Shown piece by piece: positions 29,247 through 39,922 of a DNA stretch of 64,000 nt; position 1 is the first letter of the stretch, and each line of letters begins with the position of its first letter. The notes beneath the pieces were generated by a model, which saw nothing but the letters and a program-made list of their open reading frames with translations, did no database searches and was not told the origin of the DNA. Both the position numbers and the translations under genes were made by a program. The DNA comes from an uncultured delta proteobacterium (GTDB taxonomy: Bacteria; Myxococcota; Myxococcia; Myxococcales; Myxococcaceae), in the NCBI GenBank assembly GCA_963796055.1, contig CAWCKH010000001.1:64001-128000 (forward strand). Direction: 5' to 3'.

Positions 29247-30755
29247 TCAGGCCTCGGTGGTGGCGAAGGGACGCCACTTCTCGGGGGCAGGGGCCGGGGT
29301 GAAGAGGCTGACCGCCACCAGCGAGACCACCGACACCAGCAGGGCGGGGAAGATGGCGTCGCGTGCGAGCCAGCTCTCGGGGAGCACGGTGGGGCGGTGC
29401 GCCTGGAGCGCCAGCTGCTGGAGGTTCCAGAAGATGGTGATCGCCGTGCCGGCGAGGATGCAGACCACCGCTCCGGCGGCGGTCGCCCGGCGCCAGAAGA
29501 AGGCGGCCAGGACCACCGGAGTGATGGCTGCCGAGTACACGGTATAGGCGTACAGCGACATGGCGAGGATGGACTCGCTCACCGTGCCCTGCAGGAGCGC
29601 GAAGAGCCCCAGCACGACGATGAGCACCCGGGAGACGCGCAGGACTGACCGGTCGGGGGCCTGCGGGTTCACGAACCGGAGGTAGACGTCGTTGACCAGG
29701 TTGGTGGCCGGGGAGAACAGGTAGTTGTTCGCGGTGGAGATGACCTTGGCGAAGATCGCCCCGACCAGGATCGCCCCCAGCAGCGAAGGCATCGCGTTGC
29801 GCGCGGTGTAGGGGATGATCTCCCGCGCCTTGATTCCCGGGGTGTGGAGGAAGAGGGCGGCGCCGAGCACGGCGATGGCCACGATCAGGATCTCCAGCAG
29901 CACCGTGCCGCCGAGCCAGAAGACCACCGACAGCCTCGCGTCGCGCTCGGTCCGGGCGCTGAAGAACTTCTGGTAGATGCTCTGGTTTCCCAGCAGGAGT
30001 AGCATGGTGGGGACCAGCAGCTCCATGGCCCGGACGAAGCCGCCGCCCGAGCCGCCGAAGAGGCCGAAGGGCTGGAAGTACTCGGGCGGGAGCGCGGCAT
30101 GGAACCCGCTCCACCCTCCGACGCGGCCGAGGAGGAAGGGCACCGAGAGCAGGGCGGCCACGGTGGTCAGCCCGCCGATGAGCACGTCCATGTACGCGAC
30201 CGAGGCCATCCCGGCGAGCGCGGTGAAGAGCGCCACGAAGACCGCGATGATCACCATCCCCAGCGCGTGCTCCTTCCCCGGGGCGAGGCCGAGCGTTTCC
30301 CGCGCGGTGACGTCGAGACCGGGGAAGATGATGTGGAGGATGTCTCCGCCACCCTTGAACTGGTACGAGGCGATGGCGGTGAAGGCGAAGAGGATCGCCG
30401 TCGCCCCGAGCACCCGGGCCCAGACGTCGTACCGGGTCTCGAGCAGGTCGGGGATGGTGAACTGGGCGAACTTCCGGGCGCGCGGGGCGATGAAGTAGAT
30501 GACCAGCAGCCCGCACCAGCCGCCGGCTCCCTGCCAGAGCGCGGCGAACCCGTTGTGGAAGGCGTTCTCGGCTCCGGCGAAGAGCGAGCCCGAGCCGATC
30601 CACGACGAGAGCAGGGTGAACACCAGGACGTACCAGGGCAGGGTGCGGCCGGCGACCAGGTAGTCGGCCTTGGTCCGCGTCTTCCGGACCTGGCTCACGC
30701 TCACCGAGAGCAGGGCGAGGACGATGAGCGCGAGGACCAGCGCGTAGACGTTCAT
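29247..30755 (-). CDS. Sodium:solute symporter (SSS family)
   Basis: DYLVAGRTLPW, FTIPDLLETRY, GMASVAYMD, many TM segments. Confidence 0.9.
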   Translation of the reverse strand: MNVYALVLALIVLALLSVSVSQVRKTRTKADYLVAGRTLPWYVLVFTLLSSWIGSGSLFAGAENAFHNGFAALWQGAGGWCGLLVIYFIAPRARKFAQFTIPDLLETRYDVWARVLGATAILFAFTAIASYQFKGGGDILHIIFPGLDVTARETLGLAPGKEHALGMVIIAVFVALFTALAGMASVAYMDVLIGGLTTVAALLSVPFLLGRVGGWSGFHAALPPEYFQPFGLFGGSGGGFVRAMELLVPTMLLLLGNQSIYQKFFSARTERDARLSVVFWLGGTVLLEILIVAIAVLGAALFLHTPGIKAREIIPYTARNAMPSLLGAILVGAIFAKVISTANNYLFSPATNLVNDVYLRFVNPQAPDRSVLRVSRVLIVVLGLFALLQGTVSESILAMSLYAYTVYSAAITPVVLAAFFWRRATAAGAVVCILAGTAITIFWNLQQLALQAHRPTVLPESWLARDAIFPALLVSVVSLVAVSLFTPAPAPEKWRPFATTEA

Positions 30756-30811
30756 GGGGCGGCGGAGCCTAGCCTGGCCCGTGCCGCCGGCGGCGCCCGA
30801 ATCGGTGCGGG

Positions 30812-31366
30812 TCAGCGCGGGGCGTCCACCCGCTCGAAGAAGCGCGCGTAGCGCTCGACCAGGCCGCTCGGGTCCACGTCGATGCGGGCCTGGAACACCG
30901 TCTCCCCGTCGCGGAGGCTCTCGTACAGGTAACCCTGGACCGAGACCCGGGTGTAGCGCTGGCGGAGCGGCTCGACGGTGAGACCCGGAAAGCGGACCCA
31001 GGCGGCGACGAGCTCCGCGCTGTCGCCCACCGGGAGCGCGAGACGGCGGATGGCCGAGGTGTTGGTCGAGGGGGTCATTCCGAGGTCCACATCCAGCGCG
31101 GAGCGGCACGGCTCGACCTCCCGCCCGTTGGCGAACCAGAACCCCGACTCGTCACGACGGAGCTCGAGCCGGCGCGCCCCGTCGCCGTCCTCGACGGCCA
31201 CCTGGGCCATGCGGGTGACCCAGTCCTGGTCGAAGGTCACGCGGTACTCCGCCTTCCACGGTGCCGTCTCCTGCACCTGGACCCGTCCCTCGAAGGTATG
31301 GCCGTCCTCGGTGAACTCCTCGGTCCCGGGAACGTCCAGCCGCCGCCAGTGCCGCACCTGCGTCAT
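30812..31366 (-). CDS. Putative glycolipid-binding domain protein (DUF1089-like)
   Basis: WRRLDVPGTE, LDVDLGMTPSTNT..IRRL, QRYTR, VDPSGLVERY. Confidence 0.75.
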   Translation of the reverse strand: MTQVRHWRRLDVPGTEEFTEDGHTFEGRVQVQETAPWKAEYRVTFDQDWVTRMAQVAVEDGDGARRLELRRDESGFWFANGREVEPCRSALDVDLGMTPSTNTSAIRRLALPVGDSAELVAAWVRFPGLTVEPLRQRYTRVSVQGYLYESLRDGETVFQARIDVDPSGLVERYARFFERVDAPR

Positions 31367-31702
31367 GGCCTGGATGCTAAGGCACAGGACTCACGGCGGG
31401 CAGGGGCCCGCCTGGGAGCAGCGCGCCGTTGCGCCAGAGCGCGGGCGCCGACGCCCTCGCCGGTCGGCCTCGGGTTGGCGGCGAGGAGCGGGCATCGGGT
31501 GAACTCTCGATGCTCCTCACGGCTCGCTCGGAGCCTTCCGATCGCGGTGGCCGGTCTTGGCCCCGCTGTACCCACCCCCTACATTGTCTCACCTGGCCGG
31601 ACGTGGCCCTCCCGGCCGAGGCGAGCGCGCACAGCGACGACGTGACCCCGACAGCGGCCGCGCCAAGCGGCGCAACGAAACGCCTGGCAGACTTGTCCGG
31701 AA

Positions 31703-32848
31703 TTGAGCCGTCTCCAGCAACTCGCAGCGCGGGCTCGCGCGCTGCTGTCGGCGGACACCGACCAGGCATTGGTCCGCGCGCGGACCGATGGGGAGAAGCT
31801 GGTCGGGATTCTCCGGCTCGCGTTCGTCGTGCTCTTCTCGCTCGTCGCGCTCTTGGGCCTCTCGAGCCGAGCAAGCTGGCGATTCGAGCTGACCCTGATC
31901 GGGGCATCGCTCCTCTATGGATTGGCGATGCTCCTGCTTGCGATCCGTCTTTCTGGCTGGTGGGTGCCGTGGCTCACGACGGGTGTGGATGTGACGCTGG
32001 TCACCGCGGCCCTCACGAGCGCGGTCATTGCAGGGAATCCCATCGGTGCGCTCAACAACCGCACCTTCTTCGACGCCTACTTCTTCGTGGTGATCACCTC
32101 CACTCTCCGGTACGACTGGAGACTGTCTGCGTTCGCCGCGCTCCTCGCCGTGGGGCAGTTCGTCGGACTGACGGCCTACGTCAGCGCGCACTGGGACGTG
32201 GAGAGCCTCCAGAGCCCGCTCCACGGGCCCTTCGTTCCAGTGGCGCACGCGCTCCGGATCATTACCCTGGCCGCGGTGGGCGGTAGCTGCGTGGCGGTCG
32301 CGAGATGGGCCCGCCACCTGCGCCTCATGGTGGGGACCGACCACCTGACGGGGCTCTCGCAACGCCGGCCGTTCTTCGAGCGCCTGGAGGAGGAGCTCGC
32401 CCGGGCCACTTCGAGCCGGGCGACCCTGAGCCTTGCGCTATTCGACGTCGACGAGTTCAAGAAGTTCAACGACACCTTCGGTCACCTGGCGGGTGATCGC
32501 GCTCTGCACCTGCTCGCCGCCCGGCTCCGGAAGTCAGTCCGGACGACCGACCTGGTGGCACGCTACGGCGGGGAGGAGTTCGTGGTCGCCTTCCCGCGGA
32601 TGCCCATCGAGCGGGCGGTCCGCAGGGCGGACGAGCTCCGCGCCGAGCTCGCCGGGGTGCCGCTGCCAGCCGGAGGCGCGGTCCGGCACCTGACGCTCAG
32701 CGTCGGGGTCGCCAGCTGGCCAGCAGACGGGGAGAGCTTCGAGGAGGTCCTCGGACGCGCGGATTCGCGCCTCTACGACGCCAAGGACCGCGGCCGGAAC
32801 CGGGTCGTTGGCCCACCGGACCGGCTGCGGGAAGCCGCCGACGGCTGA
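31703..32848 (+). CDS. Membrane-bound diguanylate cyclase (GGDEF)
   Basis: Multiple TM segments, DHLTGL, FDVDEFKKFNDTFGH, RxxD I-site (RTTD) and RYGGEEF. Confidence 0.9.
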   Translation: MSRLQQLAARARALLSADTDQALVRARTDGEKLVGILRLAFVVLFSLVALLGLSSRASWRFELTLIGASLLYGLAMLLLAIRLSGWWVPWLTTGVDVTLVTAALTSAVIAGNPIGALNNRTFFDAYFFVVITSTLRYDWRLSAFAALLAVGQFVGLTAYVSAHWDVESLQSPLHGPFVPVAHALRIITLAAVGGSCVAVARWARHLRLMVGTDHLTGLSQRRPFFERLEEELARATSSRATLSLALFDVDEFKKFNDTFGHLAGDRALHLLAARLRKSVRTTDLVARYGGEEFVVAFPRMPIERAVRRADELRAELAGVPLPAGGAVRHLTLSVGVASWPADGESFEEVLGRADSRLYDAKDRGRNRVVGPPDRLREAADG

Positions 32849-32915
32849 GTTCCCGTACAACAGGGTTGTAGCAGGCTGGGGCAGGCTCGCGCCTATGCTT
32901 GCCCTCCGGCCCACA

Positions 32916-32965
32916 ATGTCGGAGGCTTCTCCCGGGTACTCTCTGACCGGGGGAATCTCCGACAT
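32916..32965 (+). promoter_or_regulatory. Long hairpin sequestering an SD-like sequence and AUG of a small ORF
   Basis: ATGTCGGAG(32916-24)/CTCCGACAT(32957-65) plus TTCTCCCGG/CCGGGGGAA pairing. Confidence 0.5.
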
Positions 32966-33050
32966 GCGTCGCCTTCTCACGTTGTCGCATCCCGTCGCTC
33001 TCTTCGCCTCGTTCTGCTTCCTCTTCGCCCTCCCCTGCTACCTGCCATAG
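32964..33050 (+). CDS. Candidate 28-aa hydrophobic small protein
   Basis: MRRLLTLSHPVALFASFCFLFALPCYLP; GGGGGA upstream of the ATG. Confidence 0.35.
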   Translation: MRRLLTLSHPVALFASFCFLFALPCYLP

Positions 33051-33127
33051 GCAGAGTTGGTCGGGGCCCGGGCGGGTCTGGACCGCATCGGGCGGGTCGC
33101 TCTCGCGGCGCCGAGGACGTGCGGTAC

Positions 33128-33156
33128 TTGCGCCCACACCGTCGGGGTGCTAGTTA
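33128..33156 (+). promoter_or_regulatory. Putative sigma70 promoter of the S10 operon
   Basis: TTGCGC-17 nt-TAGTTA with extended TGn and GC-rich discriminator GCGCGCCCC. Confidence 0.5.
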
Positions 33157-33267
33157 GCGCGCCCCTTCGTCGCAGCAGTTCTGTGACAACCAGGAGCATC
33201 GAGGGACACCGGGCGGCCCCCAGGCGGGGACCGGTCGGCCGTCGCGGCAGTCGAGGACATCCGAAGA

Positions 33268-33576
33268 ATGGCGACTCAAAAGATTCGCATCCGGCTCAAG
33301 GCGTACGACTCGAAGCTCCTGGATCAGTCGGCAGGAGAGATCGTCGAGACCGCCCGGCGCACTGGCGCCCGGGTGGCTGGACCGATCCCCCTTCCGACCC
33401 GGATCAACAAGTTCACCGTGCTCCGCAGCCCGCACGTGGACAAGAAGAGCCGGGAGCAGTTCGAGATCCGCACCCACAAGCGGCTCCTCGACATCCTCGA
33501 GCCCACCCAGCAGACGCTGGATGCCCTGATGAAGCTCGACCTGTCGGCCGGGGTCGACGTCGAGATCAAGAGCTAA
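33268..33576 (+). CDS. rpsJ: 30S ribosomal protein S10
   Basis: [10 protein letters not shown]...GPIPLPT...[13 protein letters not shown]. Confidence 0.99.
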   Translation: MATQKIRIRLKAYDSKLLDQSAGEIVETARRTGARVAGPIPLPTRINKFTVLRSPHVDKKSREQFEIRTHKRLLDILEPTQQTLDALMKLDLSAGVDVEIKS

Positions 33577-33579
33577 GCC

Positions 33580-34209
33580 ATGGCCAAGTTCGACGTCGTC
33601 GATCTGGATAGGAAGAAGGTCCGGGAGATCGAGCTCTCGGATGCGGTGTTCGGCGCCGAGCCCAACCCCAACCTCTTCTACGAGGTCTCCAAGTTCCAGC
33701 AGATCAACCGCCGCCGCGGCACGGTGGGGGTGAAGAACACCTCGCTGGTCAGGGGTGGCGGCAAGAAGCCCTACAAGCAGAAGGGCACCGGCCGCGCCCG
33801 CCAGGGCTCGATCCGCGCCAGCCAGTGGGTCGGCGGCGGCAAGGCCATGGCCCCCAAGGCCCGTGACTACAGCTACCGGCCGCCGAAGAAGGTCAGGAAG
33901 GGCGCCCTCTGCGCCGCCCTCTCGCTCCGGGCCCGGGAGAAGGCGCTGGTCATCGTCGACACCTTCCAGCTCGATTCGACCAAGACCAAGGCCACCCTGG
34001 AGCTGCTCACCAAGCGGCTGAAGCTGACCGACGCCCTGGTGGTGGACGAGCGGAAGAACACCTTGCTCCACCGGACGGTGCGGAACCTGGCGGACTTCGA
34101 CGTGCTCCCCCCCGAGGGGCTGAACCTCGAGTCGCTCCTCAGGCGGAAGGCGCTGGTGCTGTCCTCGGCGGCGGCCCAGGCCCTCAACACCTCGCTGGAG
34201 GCCCGCTGA
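33580..34209 (+). CDS. rplD: 50S ribosomal protein L4
   Basis: [29 protein letters not shown]. Confidence 0.98.
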   Translation: MAKFDVVDLDRKKVREIELSDAVFGAEPNPNLFYEVSKFQQINRRRGTVGVKNTSLVRGGGKKPYKQKGTGRARQGSIRASQWVGGGKAMAPKARDYSYRPPKKVRKGALCAALSLRAREKALVIVDTFQLDSTKTKATLELLTKRLKLTDALVVDERKNTLLHRTVRNLADFDVLPPEGLNLESLLRRKALVLSSAAAQALNTSLEAR

Positions 34210-34211
34210 CC

Positions 34212-34505
34212 ATGCTTCCCACCGACGTCATCAAGGGCCCGCTCATCACCGAGAAGCTGGACAAGGCCCGGGAGAAGTTCCGGCACTACAGCTTCCTGGT
34301 CGACCGGGAGGCCACCAAGCACGACGTGGCGCGCGCGGTCCAGACGCTGTTCAACGTCCACGTCGAGGCGGTCCGCACCGCCATCGTCCGCGGCAAGGTG
34401 AAGCGGGTGGGGCGGAGCATCGGCAAGCGGCCCAACTTCAAGAAGGCGATCGTCACCCTCAAGGAGGGCGACAAGATCGACCTGTTCGAGGGAGGCGTGG
34501 TCTGA
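34212..34505 (+). CDS. rplW: 50S ribosomal protein L23
   Basis: PLITEK...KKAIVTL. Confidence 0.98.
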   Translation: MLPTDVIKGPLITEKLDKAREKFRHYSFLVDREATKHDVARAVQTLFNVHVEAVRTAIVRGKVKRVGRSIGKRPNFKKAIVTLKEGDKIDLFEGGVV

Positions 34506-34506
34506 C

Positions 34507-35352
34507 ATGGGCATCAAGAAGTACAAGCCGACCTCGGCCGCCCGTCGCCTGACGACGGTCAGTGACTTTGCGGACATCACCAAGGACCGCCCGGAGAAGT
34601 CGCTCACCGAGGCGATGAAGCGCTCGGGTGGGCGCAACGTCCACGGCCACATCACCCGGCGGCACCAGGGCGGTGGCCACAAGCGGCGCTACCGGAGCAT
34701 CGACTTCAAGCGGCGCGACAAGGACGGCATTCCGGCCAAGGTGGCGAGCGTGGAGTACGACCCCAACCGCTCGGCCAACATCGCGCTCCTCCACTACGCC
34801 GACGGTGAGAAGCGCTACATCCTCGCCCCGGTGGGCATCACCGTGGGCGACACCCTCTTCGCCGGCAACGAGGCGGACATCCGCCCGGGCAACGCGCTGC
34901 CGCTGGGAAACATCCCCGTCGGCACCACCATCCACAACGTGGAGCTCAAGCCTGGCCGGGGGGCGCAGATGATCCGCTCCGCCGGCTCCTCCGGGCAGCT
35001 GATGGCCAAGGAGGGCGCCTACGCGCAGGTCCGGCTCCCCTCGGGCGTGGTCCGCAAGGTGCTGCTGGAGTGCCGGGCCACCATCGGGCAGCTGGGCAAC
35101 GTCGAGCACGACATCATCCGCATCGGCAAGGCGGGCAAGAGCCGCTGGCTGGGCATCCGGCCCACCGTCCGCGGCCTGGCGATGAACCCGGTCGACCACC
35201 CGCACGGTGGCGGCGAGGGCAAGTCCGGCCAGGGCAACCCGCACCCGGTCTCGCCCTGGGGCCAGAAGACCAAGGGCCTCAGCACCCGGAAGAACAAGCG
35301 GACCGACAAGTTCATCGTCAGCGGGCGCCGGAGCGGCGTCCGGAGCCAGTAG
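34507..35352 (+). CDS. rplB: 50S ribosomal protein L2
   Basis: [25 protein letters not shown]. Confidence 0.99.
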   Translation: MGIKKYKPTSAARRLTTVSDFADITKDRPEKSLTEAMKRSGGRNVHGHITRRHQGGGHKRRYRSIDFKRRDKDGIPAKVASVEYDPNRSANIALLHYADGEKRYILAPVGITVGDTLFAGNEADIRPGNALPLGNIPVGTTIHNVELKPGRGAQMIRSAGSSGQLMAKEGAYAQVRLPSGVVRKVLLECRATIGQLGNVEHDIIRIGKAGKSRWLGIRPTVRGLAMNPVDHPHGGGEGKSGQGNPHPVSPWGQKTKGLSTRKNKRTDKFIVSGRRSGVRSQ

Positions 35353-35364
35353 GAGAGGCGACCA

Positions 35365-35664
35365 GTGGCACGTTCCATCAAGAAGGGCCCCTTCGTGGAT
35401 GCCCACCTCCTCAAGAAGGTGGAGGACCTGATCAAGGGGAACCAGAAGAAGGTGGTGAAGACCTGGTCGCGCCGGTCCACCATCCTCCCCGAGTTCGTGG
35501 GCCACACCTTCGCGGTGCACAACGGCCGGAAGTTCATCCCGGTCTTCGTCACCGAGAACATGGTGGGCCACAAGCTGGGAGAGTTCGCCCCCACCCGGAC
35601 CTTCAGCGGCCACTCGGCGGAGAAGAAGGTGGCCAAGCCCCCGGCGGCGGCCGGGGCGAGGTGA
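35365..35664 (+). CDS. rpsS: 30S ribosomal protein S19
   Basis: RSIKKGPF...TWSRRSTI...MVGHKLGEF. Confidence 0.99.
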   Translation: MARSIKKGPFVDAHLLKKVEDLIKGNQKKVVKTWSRRSTILPEFVGHTFAVHNGRKFIPVFVTENMVGHKLGEFAPTRTFSGHSAEKKVAKPPAAAGAR

Positions 35665-35672
35665 GCACCGAC

Positions 35673-36038
35673 ATGGAATCGACTGCGCACCTCAGGAACT
35701 TCCGGATGTCGCCCCGCAAGATCGCGGTGGTGGTGGACCTGGTCCGCGGCAAGCCCGTGGGCGCGGCCCTCAACATCCTCCGGTTCACCAAGCGGGCCGC
35801 GGCCAGACCGGTGGCCAAGCTCATCCAGTCCGCCGTGGCCAACGCCACCGACCTCTCCAAGGGCCAGGTGGACGTGGACGCGCTGTACGTGAAGAGCATC
35901 TCGGTGGACCAGGGCTCCACGCTGAAGCGGTTCATGCCGCGGGCGATGGGCCGGGCCACTCCCATCCACAAGAAGAGCAGCCACGTGCACGTGGTGCTCG
36001 CCGACACGCCGGTCCGTTCGCGGAAGGCGAGGAGCTGA
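35673..36038 (+). CDS. rplV: 50S ribosomal protein L22
   Basis: RMSPRK...[15 protein letters not shown] 35673 within ORF 35070..36038. Confidence 0.97.
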   Translation: MESTAHLRNFRMSPRKIAVVVDLVRGKPVGAALNILRFTKRAAARPVAKLIQSAVANATDLSKGQVDVDALYVKSISVDQGSTLKRFMPRAMGRATPIHKKSSHVHVVLADTPVRSRKARS

Positions 36039-36042
36039 CACC

Positions 36043-36711
<669 letters not shown>

Positions 36712-36720
36712 GAGAGAGCC

Positions 36721-37140
36721 ATGCTTCAGCCTGCACGCACCAAGTACCGCAAGATGCAGAAGGGCCGGATGCCGGGGAAGGCGTACCGTGGCTCGAACCT
36801 CACCTACGGTGAGTTCGGGCTGATGACCACCCAGCCCGGGTGGATCACCTCCCGGCAGATCGAGGCGGCCCGTGTCGCCATGACCCGGCACGTGAAGCGC
36901 GGCGGCAAGATCTGGATCCGCATCTTCCCGGACAAGCCGATCACCAAGAAGCCGGCCGAGACCCGGATGGGCACCGGCAAGGGCGGGGTGGAGTACTACG
37001 TCGCGGTGGTGAAGCCCGGCCGCATCCTCTACGAGATGGGGGGGATGGACGAGCAGCTGGCCCACGAGGCGCTGAAGCTGGCCCAGGCCAAGCTCCCGGT
37101 GCTCACCCGCATCGTCCACCGGGCGGATCTGTCGCTGTAA
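36721..37140 (+). CDS. rplP: 50S ribosomal protein L16
   Basis: [11 protein letters not shown]...[13 protein letters not shown]. Confidence 0.99.
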   Translation: MLQPARTKYRKMQKGRMPGKAYRGSNLTYGEFGLMTTQPGWITSRQIEAARVAMTRHVKRGGKIWIRIFPDKPITKKPAETRMGTGKGGVEYYVAVVKPGRILYEMGGMDEQLAHEALKLAQAKLPVLTRIVHRADLSL

Positions 37141-37151
37141 GAGGAACGAGC

Positions 37152-37361
37152 ATGGCCACCGCCAAGGAATTGCACGAGCTGACTCTCGAGGACCTGAACC
37201 GGCGCGCGGCCGAGCTGCGCGAGTCGCTGTTCAAGGACCGGCTGAAGCTGCGGACCGGGGCGCTGGAGAGCCCGGCGAAGCGAACCCTAGCCCGCCGGGA
37301 CCTGGCGCGGATCCTCACCGTCATCAGTCAGAAGCAAAGGACCGCCGCGGCGAAGGCCTGA
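37152..37361 (+). CDS. rpmC: 50S ribosomal protein L29
   Basis: [10 protein letters not shown]...[10 protein letters not shown]; position after rplP. Confidence 0.95.
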   Translation: MATAKELHELTLEDLNRRAAELRESLFKDRLKLRTGALESPAKRTLARRDLARILTVISQKQRTAAAKA

Positions 37362-37375
37362 GGCGAGGAACGAAC

Positions 37376-37696
37376 ATGGCCGAGACCACGGAACAGACCG
37401 GCGCCGAGCAGGGCGCGAGCCACCGCGGGCGCCCCAAGACGCGCACCGGCATCGTCACCAGCAACAAGATGCAGAAGACGGTGGTGGTGACCGTGCGGCG
37501 CCGCGCGGCGCATCGCAAGTACGGGAAGATCCTCACCCTGCGCGAGAAGTACAAGGCGCACGCCGAGGACCACGACTATCCGAAGAACCCCACGCTCCAC
37601 GAGGGCGACCGGGTGCGCATCGCCGAGACCCGGCCCACCAGCAAGGACAAGCGCTGGCGGGTGGTCGAGGTGCTCGAGCGCGGAACGCGCGAGTAA
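37376..37696 (+). CDS. rpsQ: 30S ribosomal protein S17
   Basis: [14 protein letters not shown]...[11 protein letters not shown]. Confidence 0.98.
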   Translation: MAETTEQTGAEQGASHRGRPKTRTGIVTSNKMQKTVVVTVRRRAAHRKYGKILTLREKYKAHAEDHDYPKNPTLHEGDRVRIAETRPTSKDKRWRVVEVLERGTRE

Positions 37697-37711
37697 GAGG
37701 AGCGGCCGACC

Positions 37712-38080
37712 ATGATCCAGATGACCAGCGTGCTGGACGTCGCCGACAACTCCGGCGCCAAGAAGGTGTTCTGCATCAAGGTGCTCGGCGGCTCCAAGCG
37801 GAAGTACGCCAGCATCGGGGACATCATCGTGGTCAGCGTCCGCGAGGCGCTCCCCAACAGCAAGGTGAAGAAGGGCGACGTGGCCAAGGCGGTCATCGTC
37901 CGCACCAAGCGCGAGGTGGGGCGGCCGGACGGCAGCTTCATCAAGTTCGACGGGAACTCGGCGGTGCTGATCAACAAGGACCTCGAGCCGATCGGGACCC
38001 GTATCTTCGGCCCGGTGGCCCGTGAGCTGCGTGCCCGGAAGTTCATGAAGATCATCTCCCTGGCCCCGGAAGTGCTCTGA
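37712..38080 (+). CDS. rplN: 50S ribosomal protein L14
   Basis: VADNSGAK...[12 protein letters not shown]...SLAPEVL. Confidence 0.99.
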   Translation: MIQMTSVLDVADNSGAKKVFCIKVLGGSKRKYASIGDIIVVSVREALPNSKVKKGDVAKAVIVRTKREVGRPDGSFIKFDGNSAVLINKDLEPIGTRIFGPVARELRARKFMKIISLAPEVL

Positions 38081-38112
38081 ATGGGGCCCACGAAGGACGA
38101 CACGAGAGAGCC

Positions 38113-38448
38113 ATGCAGAAGCTGAAGGTGGGCGACCTGGTCGAGGTGGTGGCGGGCGCCGAGCGGACCAACAAGGACAAGACCAGCAAGCGGGGGAAGA
38201 TCCTGGCCATCGACAAGGACGCGCTCCGCGTCCGGGTCGAGGGGCTGCGCACCGTGAAGCGGCACATCCGCAAGGGCCGCGACCGGGCGAACCCCGAGGG
38301 CGGCATCCTCGAGCGGCCGGGAAGCATCGCGCTCGCCGCGGTGCAGGTGGTGTGCAAGAAGTGCGATGCGCCGACCCGGGTGGGCATCCGGGTCAACGGA
38401 GACAAGAAGGTCCGCTTCTGCAAGAAGTGCGACGCGAACATCGATTGA
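38113..38448 (+). CDS. rplX: 50S ribosomal protein L24
   Basis: KLKVGDLVEVVAG KOW motif, GGILE, PTRVG; two CKKC motifs. Confidence 0.97.
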   Translation: MQKLKVGDLVEVVAGAERTNKDKTSKRGKILAIDKDALRVRVEGLRTVKRHIRKGRDRANPEGGILERPGSIALAAVQVVCKKCDAPTRVGIRVNGDKKVRFCKKCDANID

Positions 38449-38522
38449 GCCGAACACCAGGGCCACGATCGACGGCGGAGGAGCCCTGACGCCCCGTCGA
38501 AGCGAGGCGAGGAACGAGACAG

Positions 38523-39179
38523 ATGGCTGACGAGAAGGCAGACAAGGCCAAGGCCGAGAAGAAGGCCAAGCGCAAGGGCAAGGATGAGGTCAAGAAGGCC
38601 GGCTTCAGCGCCAACATCGAGGAAGGGCTGGAGACCAGGCCCGCCCGGCTGAAGATGCGCTACCGCAAGGAAGGCGTGCCGGCGCTGATGAAGGAGTTCG
38701 GGTTCAAGAACCCGAACCAGGTGCCGAAGCTGGAGAAGATCGTCATCAACATGGGCCTGGGCGAGGCGCTGGCCAACAACAAGATCCTCGAGTCGGCGGT
38801 GGATCAGCTGGGCGCCATCACCGGGCAGAGGCCGGTGGTCACCCGGGCGCGGAAGAGCATCGCCAACTTCAAGCTCCGCCAGGGCCAGGCCATCGGTGCG
38901 GCGGTCACCCTGCGGAGCGACCGGATGTACGAGTTCATGGACCGGCTGATCAACGTCGCGCTCCCCCGGGTCCGCGACTTCAAGGGCGTGTCCAGCAAGG
39001 CGTTCGACGGGAAGGGCAACTACACCCTGGGGGTGCGGGAGCAGATCATCTTCCCGGAGATCAACTACGACCAGATCGAGAAGGTGAAGGGGCTGAACAT
39101 CAGCTTCGTCACCACTGCCAGGAACGACGAGCAGGGGCTGGCGCTGCTGCGCCACTTCGGCATGCCGTTCCGCCAGTAG
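38523..39179 (+). CDS. rplE: 50S ribosomal protein L5 (N-terminal extension)
   Basis: [12 protein letters not shown]...LPRVRDFKG...FDGKGNY. Confidence 0.98.
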   Translation: MADEKADKAKAEKKAKRKGKDEVKKAGFSANIEEGLETRPARLKMRYRKEGVPALMKEFGFKNPNQVPKLEKIVINMGLGEALANNKILESAVDQLGAITGQRPVVTRARKSIANFKLRQGQAIGAAVTLRSDRMYEFMDRLINVALPRVRDFKGVSSKAFDGKGNYTLGVREQIIFPEINYDQIEKVKGLNISFVTTARNDEQGLALLRHFGMPFRQ

Positions 39180-39195
39180 AGAGAGCCCAAAGAGA

Positions 39196-39381
39196 ATGGC
39201 CAAGCTTTCCAAGATTGCCCAGGCGAAGCGCAAGCCGAAGTTCGCGGTGCGCAAGTACAACCGCTGCCCGCTGTGCGGGCGGCCCCGCGCGTTCCTGCGC
39301 AAGTTTCAGATGTGCCGGATCTGCCTGCGCAAGCGGGCGCTCCAGGGAGAGGTGACGGGGCTCATCAAGAGCTCCTGGTAA
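39196..39381 (+). CDS. rpsN: 30S ribosomal protein S14, zinc-binding (type Z)
   Basis: [10 protein letters not shown]...CRICLR...SSW, 61 aa. Confidence 0.98.
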   Translation: MAKLSKIAQAKRKPKFAVRKYNRCPLCGRPRAFLRKFQMCRICLRKRALQGEVTGLIKSSW

Positions 39382-39522
39382 GGAAGCCGAAGGGCAGCAC
39401 GTCCGCGGCACGGACCCCCGTGTCGGCACGGCCAGGCGGCCGCGGGCGACAACGACGAGCCCGGCAGTGGCCCTCCAGGGTGGGGGCAGCCGGACGAAGG
39501 ACGAGCGAGAGGTCGAACAGAC

Positions 39523-39921
39523 ATGCCAGTGAACGATCCGGTCGGCGACATGCTGACCCGCATCCGCAACGCCTCGCGGGCGCGCCACGACAAGGTGGTG
39601 ATGCCCACCTCCAGACTCAAAGTTTCCATCGCCCGGGTGCTCCGCGATGCGGGATACATCGCGGACTACACCGAGCACGACATCCAGCCGCAGGGGGAGA
39701 TCACCCTGCAGCTCAAGTACGGCCCGGACAAGAGCCCGGTCATCACCGGCATCCGCCGGATCAGCAAGCCGGGCCTCCGCCGCTACGTCCCGGTGCGCGA
39801 CATCCGCCCGGTCCTGGGCGGCCTGGGCATCAGCATCCTCTCCACCAGCCAGGGCATCCTCAGCGACGCCGACGCCCGGAAGATGAACATCGGCGGCGAG
39901 CTGATCTGCACGGTGTACTGA
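39523..39921 (+). CDS. rpsH: 30S ribosomal protein S8
   Basis: [13 protein letters not shown]...ISKPGLRRY...GGELIC. Confidence 0.99.
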   Translation: MPVNDPVGDMLTRIRNASRARHDKVVMPTSRLKVSIARVLRDAGYIADYTEHDIQPQGEITLQLKYGPDKSPVITGIRRISKPGLRRYVPVRDIRPVLGGLGISILSTSQGILSDADARKMNIGGELICTVY

Positions 39922-39922
39922 C

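Noticed and set aside
31367..31702. c-di-GMP or other riboswitch, or tRNA, upstream of the DGC
   Set aside because: GC-rich hairpins are present but no recognisable consensus or cloverleaf
24305..33267. Prophage, IS or integrative element
   Set aside because: No integrase, transposase or phage gene and no clear flanking direct repeats seen
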